Origin: Eledone cirrhosa
Lineage: Eukaryota
Assembly (NCBI GenBank): GCA_964016885.1
Contig: OZ024746.1
Location: forward strand, 25,730,001 to 25,794,000
Direction: 5' to 3'
Length of the DNA stretch: 64,000 nucleotides
The notes under the pieces were generated by a model. That model was not told the origin of the DNA, did not search any database, and was given only the letters and a program-made list of their open reading frames with translations. Below are positions 1 through 37,900 of this stretch, piece by piece. Position numbers and translations under genes: made by a program. Each line of letters begins with the position of its first letter. Position 1 is the stretch's first letter.

Positions 1-785
1 CTACGTAGCGGGAGTACATTATCAGGGTTAAGCTGTCTTCTAATTGTTCATTAAGTTTTTGTTTAAGTCTACTGTCCCACCATACCATGAATAAGTTAGC
101 TATGTCGCCTGCAATGCTAACACCAATGGCTGCTCCTTCCTCTTGGGCATATGTTTTACCATTAAATTTGAACATATGTTCCTTAAGGGTTAGTTTTATG
201 CTGGCCCCATACCGCATGTGCAATCATTTTCTTCAGTTCATCGTGGTTTTCGGGTGTCCGTATGGCTCTGGTCCACCCGTTCCATCTATCTGTGTGGGTT
301 TTCTTGGCCATTGAGGTAATGGTAGGTGGTCTGCCTCTTGCTGGTCTTGTAGGGCACAGGTTGCTAAGGTCATAAGTGTCTAGGTAACTATTACTATGGG
401 TAAGCTTAAGTAGCAGTCCCAGCTCACTGGTATCAATCCCACGGAACTCAACCTTGCTCTCGCTGATCATTTCGACGCATTTCTCCACAGCAAAATCCAC
501 GTCAATAGATGGATACAGGGACACAACATCCATACTGCCTATTATGCAGTTTGTTAGGTCCCCAGATCGGTTACCCGCGCCGATTCTGCTGAGGAGGTCC
601 TCCGTGCTGTCACACACATCTGGGGACATCTCAATGATGGGGCGTATGATCAGGGAGAGGAAGTAGGACAGTCTGTAGTTACTAGCAATGTTAGCCCCAC
701 AGACTGGCCGTGTTGGTGGTCCCGCGACAGGGTCCCAGCCCGTTTTATGGTCTTTACGAAGCCCATACAACAAATTCAGAAACGA
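1..785 (-). mobile_element. Penelope-like element RT fragment (5'-truncated, frameshifted, runs off window edge)
   Basis: Minus-strand translation gives PLE RT motifs LYGLRKDHK..PPTRPV and GSMDVVSLYPSID. After a frameshift near 200 it reads YAQEEGAAIGVSIAGDIANLFM and ends YSRYV at base 1 (YVDD cut by the edge). Followed by (TA)n. Confidence 0.85.
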
Positions 786-786
786 A

Positions 787-833
<47 letters not shown>

Positions 834-1998
834 TTTATAATTATAAAACGTTTTGTCTGAAATTCACATACTAAAGTGGTCATGGTATTTTTTAAATGTT
901 TGTTGCTATTAATAAATTTATAAAGTTCTATTGTTCATACCTGGTGGGATAATTCATTCCTCCCTGACTCACCTTTTCTTATTCTTTCTTAAAATAAAAT
1001 AAATCTAGAGTTTTAAAAATTATTAATTAAAAATTGTGCCATTGTATGTATTTATACATTTCACCAGGTGACGAATTGGCAGAGTCGTTAGAACGTCGGA
1101 TAGAATTCTTTTTTGGTATACTTTTCAGCTATGCTCTTTGAGTTCATATCCCATCAAGGTCAACTTTGCCTTTCATCCATTCAAGGTCAATAAAAAAAAA
1201 GTACCAGTCAAGTACTGGGATCGATTCTTCCTCTATATCTCTTTCACTCTTCTGTTCTCTCACTCTCTATCCTTCTCTGGAAGAAATCTGCTGCATTCAG
1301 GTGTGGAGAGGAGAATGGCTCTACCAGGTTTTAAAATGCCCTAGAAATACTGTATGTTAATACGGCGCCCCTACAACTCCCTCAGGAGTTACATGACCAT
1401 ACATACTTTTCACTGTTTTGATTCCAACCTGATCAAAACCAACTTTGGATCTATGAAACAAAATCACTCATTTTAAAGGGTTTCTATTTAAATTTAAATA
1501 TTCCAAAATAATTTTATTTAAGAACCATTTGCTAAATTCCTTACTATCTTAGTAAGGAAATGATTAATAATTATACTAAAATGCTCAAAATAATTATTCA
1601 TTAATTAATTAAGATAATGTATACCCCCCCCCCCCCACACACACACTGAAATTGCTGGCCTTGTGCCAAAATTTGAAATCATCATTAACTCTTTTGATAC
1701 CAACCTGCCCAAAACTTGTTCTTTAAAACAAAACCACCCATTTTAAAGGGTTTTTAGTTATATTAAAATCTAACATAATTTGTTACAAATACAGTCTTAA
1801 TAATGAGATAATCAATAATTGCAGTAAATCCCTCAAAATCTTTCAATAATTAATTCAAACATTAGGTTAATCAGTTAATTAATTTATCAATCAGTTGGTT
1901 AATCAATTAAATGGCAACATGACCTTCCTTCCTAAAATATAACAATATCTGTTTCAACACAAATACAAACATATTTCTTTGTTTTCTTTTCCTACCAG

Positions 1999-26029
<24,031 letters not shown>

Positions 26030-26935
26030 ATTACAAAGATTCCCCTCTACATCTCCACGGCCACACACACACCACATGTACTACAAACACACGATACCAC
26101 ACACACAAACTCCTATTTTGATATTATTTATTATGTAAATAAATGTATTTATAGTTAAATGGAAGTCTTTGATTTGTTTTTCGCTTTTTAAAGAATGTTT
26201 GGAATGTTGTTTGAGTGTTAGGCAATGTGTGGACAGGAGGAAGCACAGTTGAAATAAATAAGATTATTATTAGTTGATGATAGGAAGGGCATCTAGCGTT
26301 AGAAAGCTTATTTCAGTTGTGTCAAAGGCATGACAACCTCTCCTGTGCACTTGGTAGAACATGAGACTGTACATAAGCAAGATGCATACCCCTGGCCTGT
26401 CTGGGAGGTTTGTAGCCCTGACTTAGTCTATTTAGACCTGTCCAACACTTGCTAGCAGGGGAAGCATGCGTTAAAATGATGATGATGATTATTTGCTGAG
26501 GCTGAGACATCTTCAATTGACATTTTATCAGACATGCCTTTCCCCATCTCATTTCTTTGACTGGGCTGCGGTCTTAGGTCAAATGAAGACCAAGAAGGAG
26601 GGCACTTGGCAATTTGGATGTAATCAAGTGTTCACAGCCCTCTGTCAGTCAGGCAGTTAAGTGACTGAAAAATACAAGACTCTTCCCTAGATGGAGTGCC
26701 AGTCCATTACTGAGTTAATACTCAGCACCTGCTGGTATTTATTTTCAGCTGGGTTGACTGGAACAATGTAAAATGAAGTGTTTTACTCAAGGACACAACA
26801 ATCAAACCCTCAACACTGGGATTGTGAACCCAACATCCTAATCACTAGGCCATGCCTTTTCTTATGTTTGCTCAACTAGGGCTGACACAGAGGTTACACA
26901 CCAAGAACAACATTAATGAAAAACTTAAAATTTTT

Positions 26936-29900
26936 TTATTTCAATAAATTAATTCGGTCTTCTACAATTTCAAATATATAATATATACTGGAACATTTGG
27001 AAACTTCACTAGCGGTTTCATTAGCACCATTCTTAATATTCCAGTTGATATATCGATTCATGAGTAACATTTGAATGATTGGTATACAGGTACTAGCGGT
27101 GGCTAGGTGGAGTGGAGTTAAACCTCCATTGGTCATAGCATTGATGTTGGCTCCATTTTGCAGTAATAAGAAAGCTATCTCTAGTTGGCTCCAGCGACAT
27201 GCACAATGCAATGGTTGCCAGCCATCCACAGTGGCAGCATTGATTTGGGCATTCTTTGATAACAGCAGCTGAAATATAATGGAAGATAAAAAGTTAGCCA
27301 TTTCATTATAATATTTCTAATGAAAGACATTGCTTATAATTTTCAATTCATTTTGAAAATCAAGAATTTGGAGGGATTTAATAATCCCTTCATCTGGTGT
27401 TTGGAACATAACAAGAATTCTTACATATATGGAAGCTTTTTAGAAAAAATATATACACTTTAACCCTTTCATTACTATATTTCTAATGAAAGACTGCCTA
27501 TAATTTTCGATTAATTTTTAAAATAAACACTTTAAAATATACAGGTTTGTATAAATGATGTATAAGGACATCTGGTAGTCTGGTCAATATATTGTGACCA
27601 GTGATGTATAAGGACATCTGATAGTCTGGTCAATCGAAGAATATATTTATTATTTTCTCCTGTTTTGCTTACAATAAGAACACATTGGCAGTGGATTGGC
27701 AAAGTTGTTAGAGCATAAACTTCGGCCCAAATGTTACAGCTCACAGTCAACTTTGCTTTTCATCCTTTCAGAAACTCTGCCAAAGGCATATCAGGAGCAG
27801 GTGGTGGTGGTGTCAAAACAGGCAGGGGATTAACTCTAACAGCCAGTTAAACTTTGGTGTGATTTGAACTCTGAATGCAAAGAGCCAGAACTACTACTGC
27901 AAGTCATATCATCTCAAGTTCTAACAACTCTGTCAATATATCACTCTAGACTGGTACTTCATTTTATCCACCTCAAAAGAATGAAAAGCAAAGCTGACCT
28001 TAATGGGATTTCAACACTGCAGAGTGCAGAGAGCCAGAGTAAATACTAATGACTCTGCCAACCTTATAACAAAGTTATTTATAAATTTAGGTGCAGACAT
28101 GGCTGGCTCTGAAAGCATATGGTTTCAGGTTCAGCCCCACAATGGAACACCATGGGTAGGTGTCATCTACTAGTGGCTCAGGTTTACCAATGTCTTGTGA
28201 GTGAAATTTGGTAGATGGAAATTGCAGAAGTCTATCTAGTAGGGACATTAAATGATGATGATAAAATAATTTATTTAAGATGGAAATGACTTCTACAGGA
28301 CTAGTGCTGTTTGATTCGGTTGAAATCATTAACATTTTCCTGAAGATTTGAGCTGAATGAAACTGCTAATCTTGTAGAAGTAATTTCCATCTAAATTAAA
28401 TTATGTACCTTTCTACTTAATGTATTGAGTACCTTATTTAACTATGGTCTTCACAATCATTAGGTCTTGGGGTTCAATTCTAATCCACAGCATTTTGGTC
28501 AAGTGTCATTTACCATAGCCTTGGATCCCCCTATGCCATGTGAGTGACATTGGGTAGATGGAAAATGTTTGGAAGCCTGTCTGATGGACTGTTACTGTAA
28601 TTCAAAAGGCTGACTTTGTCACACTGTGTCATGCTGAATCTCCCTGACGATAAATTCATGAGCAGGCTTTTCTATTGATTGTCGAAACTGACAGTGATCC
28701 ATTCCTATTCGTAATTCTTTCATTCTTCTCCAGAACCACCCCTATGTCTCTATCTATCTATCTCTCTATCTCTCTCTCTCTATATATGTATATGTCCATG
28801 CTTGTGTCCTGTAACTTAGTGGTTAGACAAAAAAAAAAAAGAAGAAATACCAGGCATCGAAAAATAAGTACTATAAGTGTCTATATGGTTAACTAAAACT
28901 TTTTAAGGCCATACCCTAGCATGGCCACAGACTAATGAATGAAACAAGTAAAAGAATTAAAAAATACTTAGATACAGTAATGTTTGGAGAATTATTTGAT
29001 GGAAAAAAAAGTAATGTTTTTGATAAAGAAATATGGTAACTGTACATTTAACGGAAATATTCAATCTCATCCTCATCCTCCTTATTACTATCACTATCAT
29101 CATCATCATTTAATGTCCATTTTTCCTACTAGCTAAGGTTGGACTAATAATGTAAACATCTAAAAGCTGATTACCTTGACAATTTCAAGCTGTCCACTAT
29201 AGACTGATCGATGTAGAGGGGTATATTTATCCTCATCTGTAGCATTCAGTAATTTAATATCCCTCTCTAGAAGTTTCTCTACAATTTCATATTTACCTTT
29301 TTCACAGGCACTTAGTATATATGCATTCGGGTCATCTGGAATACACAATTTAAAAAGACATTATTAGCTGGTGCCATGATAAAATGCACCTAATACAACC
29401 TAATGCTGGTGACTTGATAAATTTCACCCACCAGCATTACCACTTTATAGAGTATACTGGGTGCATTTTATCATGGCACCAACACTACAATTTACAGAGT
29501 GTACTACATGCATCCTATTGTGACATCAGCTTTATCACTTCACAAAGTGTACAAAAAGCATTTTATTGTGGAATCAGCACTACCACTTCATGTAGTGGGT
29601 ACATTTTATTGTGACACCAGAACCACCCCCATTTTACTGAGTGTACAAGGAGAATTTTAGCATAACACCACCACTAGTGAGTTTGCCTTTCATCTCACAA
29701 AACTAAAGAGTCCTCATGTAGTCTGTGCATTCAAAGCAATGTAACCAAGAGGGTGAACAGAAAAATGATGATAGGGAGAGCCAAGTGATAGAACAGTAGA
29801 GGAGGTAGTGGAAGAGAGACAGTGTTGGCAAGATGTAATGGAAGAGAGACAGTGATAGCATAGAGTTATAGAAATGAGACAGTGATGGCAGGGAAATAGT

Positions 29901-31290
29901 AGTAGAAGATAGACAGTGATGGCAGGTAAATGTTTGCTGTAGCTGGAGAGATTGAATGATGGATGCATTTTATGATGGAGGCACATGGCTTAGTGGTTAG
30001 AGCATTAGCCTTGCAATCGAAAGGTTGTGAGTTCAATTCTCAGACCGGGTGATGCGTTGTTTCCTTGAGCAAGACACTTTATTTCACATTGCTCCAGTTT
30101 ACTCAGCTGTAGAAATGAGATGATAGGGACTGGGGTCCATATCATTCCACTGCAAAGTGGTCGTGGAGGTGCAACGGCAAAAAAGCACCCAGCACTCACT
30201 GTAAAATGAGGTTGGTGTTAGCAAGGGCATCCAGCTGTAGAAATCAAGCCAGAATCAGTTCCTGTCCCACCCTTGCAAGCAGGGAAAAGCAGACGTATGA
30301 TGATGATGATGGTAATCGAGATGAACATTGATAAGGAAATCATATATCCTTACAAAGAACAATAGATATTTCCAGGAGAAGGTGGATAAACATTATACAT
30401 AAAAATATAGAATCCAAATCCTGAAAATGTTTAAACTACATCAACTTAAATTTTGCAGCATTTGTGTGGCAGACAGACAAAACAGTTGTGCAATTATTAT
30501 AATATGTATTAATTTGAATGATTGCAAGGCCAATCAATGCTTATAAAGAATTAAACATAGTTTTATTTATACATTTTTCAGTCTAAAAGGCACTCATCAG
30601 TGAATATAAGATCCGTTTTGTTTTTTCAGGACAGGAATTTTTTAGCTTTGGTTTACAGTTAAAGTTTGAAAAAACAATAGGCTTTAGTCGAAGTCATCCT
30701 AAAAGCTGTTATATTTCACTAATCTTAGAAACAAAAGATCTACTAAGGATTCCACTTCACCTAAGACTTGTCCGACTGTTAATCAATAGCAAAGATTTTT
30801 CTGTAATATATATTGTCTCTACCTTTCAACTTCTAAATCTCACATTTAAGAGAGGAAAAGAATTATACCCTAACATCTATAATCTGTTTCTTCAATTTCT
30901 ATCAGCTTTTAGGATGGCTTCAACTACAGCTTATGCTATTTCAAACTTTGACTGTCTGCTAAAGAGTTTCTGGTGTGAAAAAAACAAAACGATCTGACTG
31001 AAACATTTACAAATAAAACAGTTTAATTCTTTTAAAGCATTGTTTCGCTTTCCAATCATTAAAATTATTAAAATGTCACAATGCTTTCAAAAACTGCTTT
31101 GAAACTCAATAATATTACCTTTTATATTGGCGTATTTAGAAGTTTTACTATTTTTACCACCTTTGGTCTTCTTATTACCACCTTCAGTTTTATCACCATC
31201 AATATTATCCCCATCAACATCATCATCACCATCGACATTATCACCAACATCATCATTGTCAATATTTTGAGAATTTGATGTATGTTCCAT
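26936..31290 (-). CDS. ANKRD49: Ankyrin repeat domain-containing protein 49 (221 aa)
   Basis: Exons 31290-31119 (acidic N-terminus), 29335-29175 (DPNAYILSACEKG..DEDKYTPLHRSVYSGQLEIVK), 27268-26936 (ATVDGWQPLHCACRW..GLTPLHLA..LLMNRYI..SSIYYIFEIVE). Phases 1/0 fit and total 666 nt. Acceptor at 31314 and a probable 5' UTR exon donor at 31570. Confidence 0.9.
28336..28445 (+). ncRNA. Degenerate HHR plus tail (same family as 56971-57098)
   Basis: ttttc CTGAAGA tttgagctgaat GAAAc..GTA gaag, followed by atgtattgagtacc as in the 57 kb copy. Confidence 0.5.
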
Positions 31291-31570
31291 TTTATCTTTT
31301 AGCGTGGTTGTATCTGTAAATGAATAAATATGAAACAATTTATTACTGAATATCATAACATAAAATATAATACAACATGGTACTAATATAATTGTTTCTA
31401 CTTTAGGCACAGGGCCAGCAATTACCCAGTGCATTACTGGTACTTTGTTTTATCGACCATTAAATAAATAAAGAAGAAATGTCCTCACATCTAAGATTTC
31501 TGGCTTCTTCTGGAAAGAAAATATGTGTGCATTATGAAAACATCGCGCATTGTGAGTTATGAAAATATAC

Positions 31571-31905
31571 CTGGAATATTTGACGAAACGAAAACATAAG
31601 ATTTAGGAATTTAAAAAGGTCTATTTAATTTTATTTCGTACTATTCATTAGCAGTTAATTATTTAATATTTTTCATTTTTTTAAATTAATATATTTTATA
31701 GAAAAAATTAATTTTAATTATGATTTCGTTTCGTTTTATAAAAGTATATTGTTTGTATAACAAAATGGTTAAGTTTTCATAAGGATAATAATGTATTTAC
31801 TTGATATAAATTGTGGTTTTATTTATTTATATAAAAATATTAAGAATATTTGATCTGTTTTAGAAATCGTCATCAAATGTTTACGTTTTAGTAAATATAT
31901 TCAGT
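31571..31905. promoter_or_regulatory. Putative bidirectional promoter ANKRD49/PIGA
   Basis: Head-to-head ATGs at 31290 (-) and 31906 (+). Repeat-free AT-rich spacer with a 17-bp inverted motif. No TSS data. Confidence 0.55.
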
Positions 31906-34900
31906 ATGAAACAGAATATATGGTAAGTGCCGTTTAAAATTCTTGATTATAAAATAAGTTTGCCCGAAACACTTCACGTACTGCGAAAATGTCAGGTTTA
32001 AATAAATAATTTAATAATCCATCTTATTGCCTACCACAAAACAACTTTTCTTATAGTCCCATTTAGTATTAACAGAACTTTTAAGATATATGGCTTCTAG
32101 TATACACATACACACACACACGAATATATAACTGTAAGTTATATATTCGTGTGTGTATGTGTACATTTCTGTAGCCCATACACAAATTATATGCTACACA
32201 CTATATATATAAACATGTATTTGGCACTGAATACTAAAATACTTAATGAGCAGTTTGAAATAGGGCCTACATTTTACATCAAGCCTGGGCTATTGCCAGC
32301 TGTATAGAGGGCAGTATTTCACACCTTCCCTGGGCCTATTACTAATTTTGGGGTCTACATTTCACATTTGGTCTGAGCCTGTTACCAGCTTTGTAGTGGT
32401 GGTGGGGCTACATTTCACACGTCTGGCCTGCAGTTATTACTAGTTTTACACAAGTTTGAACTGAAGTTACACTCTGTAAATTAGTAGGATTGGTACCAGG
32501 ATAAAATGCACCCATTACACTCTGTAAAGTGGTTTTACTGGTGTCATGATAGAAAGCAGTTAGTTTACTCTGTAAAGTGGTTGGTATTAGAAAGAGAATC
32601 CAGCTGTTGGAACCATCTGGGTTGTCCAGAAGTCACGGCAAAAGACCTGACGGCCCCTGGCCGAGAGGCAAGTGCCTTGTGTGGGACGTCACTGTTAGTG
32701 ACTCTTTTGCTTCTTCCCACATCCTGGATGCTGCGGTTAGAGCGAGAACCACAGCATCCGCAGCCGAGCGGAGTAAGACCCTCAAATACTGTGATCTGTC
32801 GGCCAGCTACTGCGAGTTTCCTCTCTTCACTGGCGGCCCGCCTAATCTCGCAAGGGCGCTTGATTGTTCCAGCGCATCAGCCTCGCCATCACCCGAGGCA
32901 ACGCTGCGAGTGTGCTGGCTTGCCTCAAAAATCATTAGAGAGGTTGCCCAGTACTCCTCGCGTTGCTGCTTGTCTTTTGCTCTAGTGTTGGTTCGGTTGT
33001 TCACCCCTTCCTTTACATTTTCTTTAATATTACAACATTAAAGGAAAATATCCTTCTGAAAGAATCGCGAGCAATTTATAATGTTATTTAAGCATTTGTA
33101 ATGTTATTTATGTATACATTTAAAACATGTTTTTTATGTTATTTTACTGTAAATTTATTTATATGCTTTGTATATATCTTATGTGTTCATATTTTCACTG
33201 CCATTTGTAACGTTATTTAATAAAATTATTTTAATGAGTAAGACATAACTCTCCAACCTTAGTCCCAGGCAGGGCCACACTTTCACCTGCTGAGGCCCTT
33301 AGCTATATGAAATTTGGAGCTCTTCTCTAAAAAAATTCAGGTAAAATAAAAAAAAATAAAATTTACAGTTAGTTATATTGCTAAATCCCTTCAAATTCTT
33401 GATTGTTTTCAGAATTATTTGAAAATCATAGGTACAGTCTTTGATTAAAAATACATTAATGAAAGAGTTAAATTACACAAAAGACTTATGGCAAAACTCT
33501 CTGCAATGGGTGTGAGGGATGATCTTTTCGACTGGCTGAAATCCTTCATTCTCAGCCGAAAGGAAGTAGTCACGGTTCTAGGACAGCATTCTTCACCATA
33601 TGAGATGTCATCTGGTGTACCACAGGGATCTGTTCTTGGTCCTCTTTTGTTTGTGGCATATATTAATGACATAGATGCCAACTTACAGAATGCCACGGTA
33701 CTAAAATATGCAGATGACATCAAGCTGTACCTTGAAATCAAAAGGACTGATCCTGAAATTTAGAACTTTTTCCTACAATCAGACCTGGACACAATGCAGC
33801 AATGGATCACAGACTGGCAACTGAAGCTGGCAGTGGACAAGTGTACCACCATGCATTTTGGAAGGAAAAATCCAGCGTCCACATACTCCCTCCACAACAC
33901 TGACATCAAAAAGTCCTCTTGTGAACGTGACCTGGGCATTACTGTCAGCAACGATTTGCGTTGGACAAAGCATGTCTCTAAGATTGTCAAGAAGGCCGAG
34001 GGTGTCTTGGCATCACTCAGCAAGACCTTTGTTAGCCGCTCTCCAGCCATCTATTTAAAACTGTATACAGCTATGGTGCGACCACACTTGGAATTCGCAT
34101 CATCAGTCTGGAACCCCTATCTTGCTCGGAACATTGACCTCCTGGAAACTGTTCAGAGACGTGCAACCAAGCGCATACCCTCCATCAGACACCTACCATA
34201 CTCTGAACGCCTTGCTTCCCTGGGCATGGATTCATTGAAGCTCCGACGTCTGGCAATGGACTTGGTGAATACCCACAAAGTTTTTAACCATCTCGCCAAC
34301 TGCAACCCTGAGCGCCTCTTTGATCTCCATGTGTCTAACACACGTGGACATGCCTACAAGATAAGAAAACAGCACAGCTCCCATGACTTTCGCAGACATT
34401 TTTTCACGCTCAGAGTTGCTGAAGCATGGAACAAACTGCCTGCATCAATTGTTAGCTGCCGAGACACTGCATCCTTTAAGACACTCATGCTTCCCGAAAT
34501 ACGCCAAAACTATGTGTGTATCATGACTCGTGCACTGTTCATTTTACTGATGTTTGTGCATTGCCCTATGTACTGTACATGCACTTTTTTGATGGGTTGT
34601 GGTGCACCTGGGCACTGTGCACAATATTTCATTATTGTTATTGTTATTATATCATGACTCATACACTGTTTATTTTCCTGACATTTGTACATTATTCTAT
34701 GTACTATACATGCACCTTTGATGAGTTGTAGTGCACCTGAGCACTGTACACAATAATTTCATTATTATTATTATTATATAAGTTGTTTTTCAGTTGAATT
34801 TATTCTTGCCATTTTCAGTATGGTATCAGACTTCTTCTACCCAAACATGGGTGGAGTTGAGAGCCACATCTATCAACTTTCTCAGTGTTTGATTGAAAGA

Positions 34901-37900
34901 GGACACAAAGTTGTCATCGCTACACATCGCTATGAAGACAGACAAGGAGTGAGATATTTAACCAATGGCTTAAAGGTAATATTGTTTCTACTTTTGGTAC
35001 AAGGCCAGCAATTACCTAGTGTATTACTGGTACTTTATTTTATCGACCCCGTAAGGATGAAAGGCAAAGTTAACCTCTGCGAGATTTGAACTCAGAATGG
35101 CAAGGGCCGTAACTCTATGCGTCAAAGCATGGCGCCCGACCCTCTACCGATTATTCATATTCAAATATATTTTTTACTGATCTTTGATAACATATTTCCT
35201 TATTAACAGGCAGTGGTTCAGCAATATTGGTAGAGCGTCAGACAACGTGCTTTAGTTACGGCACCTTACATTCGAGTTCAAATCCCACCGAGGTTAGATT
35301 TGCCTCTCATCCTTACGGGGTCAATAAAATAAAGTACCAGTAATGCACTGAGGTTGATTTAATCGACTTTCCCCTCCGACCAAAATTGTTGGCCTTGTGC
35401 CTAAATCAGAAACCATTAACTTTTTTTGCTATCAAAACTGCATGTAACTACCTCTGGTTCTATGATACAAAACTGTTTATTTTAAAGTATTTATATTTAT
35501 TTAAAAATCTTCCATTATAATTTTATGTAAGAACACAAATACCATAGCTGTCCAAAACCAACACATGCACACATATTTTCTTATTACTTAATTACATATA
35601 TATATTTCACATAAAAGAAAATATTAAGTCAACACTAAGTGTGTCAATTGATCACACACAAGCCTCCTAATACTTTCTGAGGCAAGCCAACACACTTGCA
35701 GCATTTCCAAACACCAACTTATGGGCAATGTCTTTCATTAGAAATACAGTAATAAAGAGTTAAAATTAGTTGCTATAAACTTATTCTGATCTAGATATTT
35801 ACACGGTTATGGTGTAATTTTTCTAAAGCAGACACGCACTGGGATATGGTGTACTTATTCTAAACCAGATACACACAATGATAGAGTGTAGCTATTTTAA
35901 GCCAGATAGATACACACAGGTATAAATTGTACCTATTCTAAATCACTTGCATGCAGAAAAACTGTATACCTATTCTAAACCAGATACACACAGTCAAACA
36001 TATAAGTTATTATCTGGAACATATTCCAAATAATTATTTATAAATCATAAAATTGAACTGACTTTCTTTTCTATAAGGTTATAATTTGGTATTTTATAGT
36101 TTTGACATTAATTCTAACTTTTCTGTTATCTTTCTAGGTTTATTATCTTCCATTCTCACCCATTTACAACCAATGTATTATGCCATCAATGTTCACAACA
36201 TTACCTTTACTTCGAGAAATTTTCATTCGAGAGAAAATCACTGTTGTTCACGGACATTCGGTAAGACAACTTTTAAATATTTACACACTCTCTTCCTCCT
36301 CCTGTATGAGATATCTTAATATTAGTTATTCATTACTTGTGATGTTGCTTACTTGTATCACTTAAAGTAGAGTATATAGAGATACACTAACTTAGGGATT
36401 GAACTCATGACCAGCAGGTAGAATAGAATACTTAGCAAACAATTGTATTTACTATGCCAATGTCCTGAAAACCTTACCAAATATAGCAGGTACCTGAAGA
36501 AGACCAGAGGGTACAACAGACTATAGCAACCAAGTCTGACTATATCAGTATACAATATTTTCTCTGAAGATTGCCAGAAGCTACAGTAACTGAAATGTTG
36601 ACTATAACAACTAAGATGAGGACACTAGCCTGTATATATCAGTGTATAATAGTGTTAATAATTCCTCTGAAGATGGCCAGAGGGTACAACAGTTGACATG
36701 TTGTAACTATAACAACCAAGATGAGGACACTAGTTTGAATATATCAGTTTTCAGTGCATAATAATAATTCCTTTATCTCAGAAATTCAGACAAAATTAGG
36801 AAATAATATAAAAGAGAAAGTTTATTTAGAAATTCTTTATAACAAAAGTTGTTTTCTGTTCTATAAACTATTTAGTTATTTAGTTGATCTTAATAACTTT
36901 CTCATCATTTCTTTAAACTTGATTTCCATTTTAGGCATTTTCAACCTTGGCACATGAAGCTATGTTTCACGCAAAGACAATGGGGTTAAGAGTTGTTTTT
37001 ACTGACCATTCACTCTTTGGTTTTGCTGATTGTAGTTCCATACTGACTAATAAGGTGTTAACAGTCTCATTAGCAGACTGTAACCATTCGATTTGTGTCT
37101 CACATACAAGGTTTGTACTTTTACTTTTATGTATAGAAAAAAAAACAGATTAGTGGTTAGAGAATTGGATTTACAATCGTAAGGTTGTAAGTTCGATTCC
37201 CGAACTGGATGATACATTATGTCCTGAGCAAGATACTTTGTATCACATTGCACCTTTTGCAACTTGTAGATTGTATCAGCAATGGAAACATTGTTTCCTT
37301 GGTCTGATTTGATGAGCTCCACTCTACTCAGTTGGCGAATGAGGTCTAGGATCTTGTTGATCGTCCTTTTTTGTTTTATAAGAAAAAGAAATTTGTTTTA
37401 TCAAATAGGTGCAAGTATGGCTGGTGGTTAAGGGGTTTACTTCACAACCATGGGCAAGTGTCTTCTTCTTTAGCTTTGGGTTAATCAATATCTTGTTAGG
37501 GAAATTTGGGAGATAGAAACTGTAAAGAATCTCATTGTATATGTATATATATATATATATGTGTGTGTGAGAGCATGTCTGTGTGTTTAAGCATGTCTGT
37601 GTGTGTAAGCATTTGTGAGCATGTTTGTGTGTGTTTGTGTGTGTGAGCATCTCTGTGTGTATTCGTGTATGTGAGCATCTCTGTGTGTATTCGTGTATGT
37701 GAGCATGTGTGTGAGCATGTCTGTTTATATTCCATAACTTGATTGTGGTTCAACAAAAAGAGATTGATAAAATAAAAATCAGTAAAATATAAAAGAATAA
37801 AAATGACTTTGCTGTGGAAAAGTTGTTGGTGGTGTTCATGGTGTAGGTAGAGTTATATCTCATTGTGTGGAACATTGGGCAAGTGTCTTCTGCTATAACC

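Noticed and set aside
29977-30050. tRNA gene
   Set aside because: A and B boxes are present but continue into a SINE body found in many diverged copies. No convincing acceptor stem or poly-T terminator.
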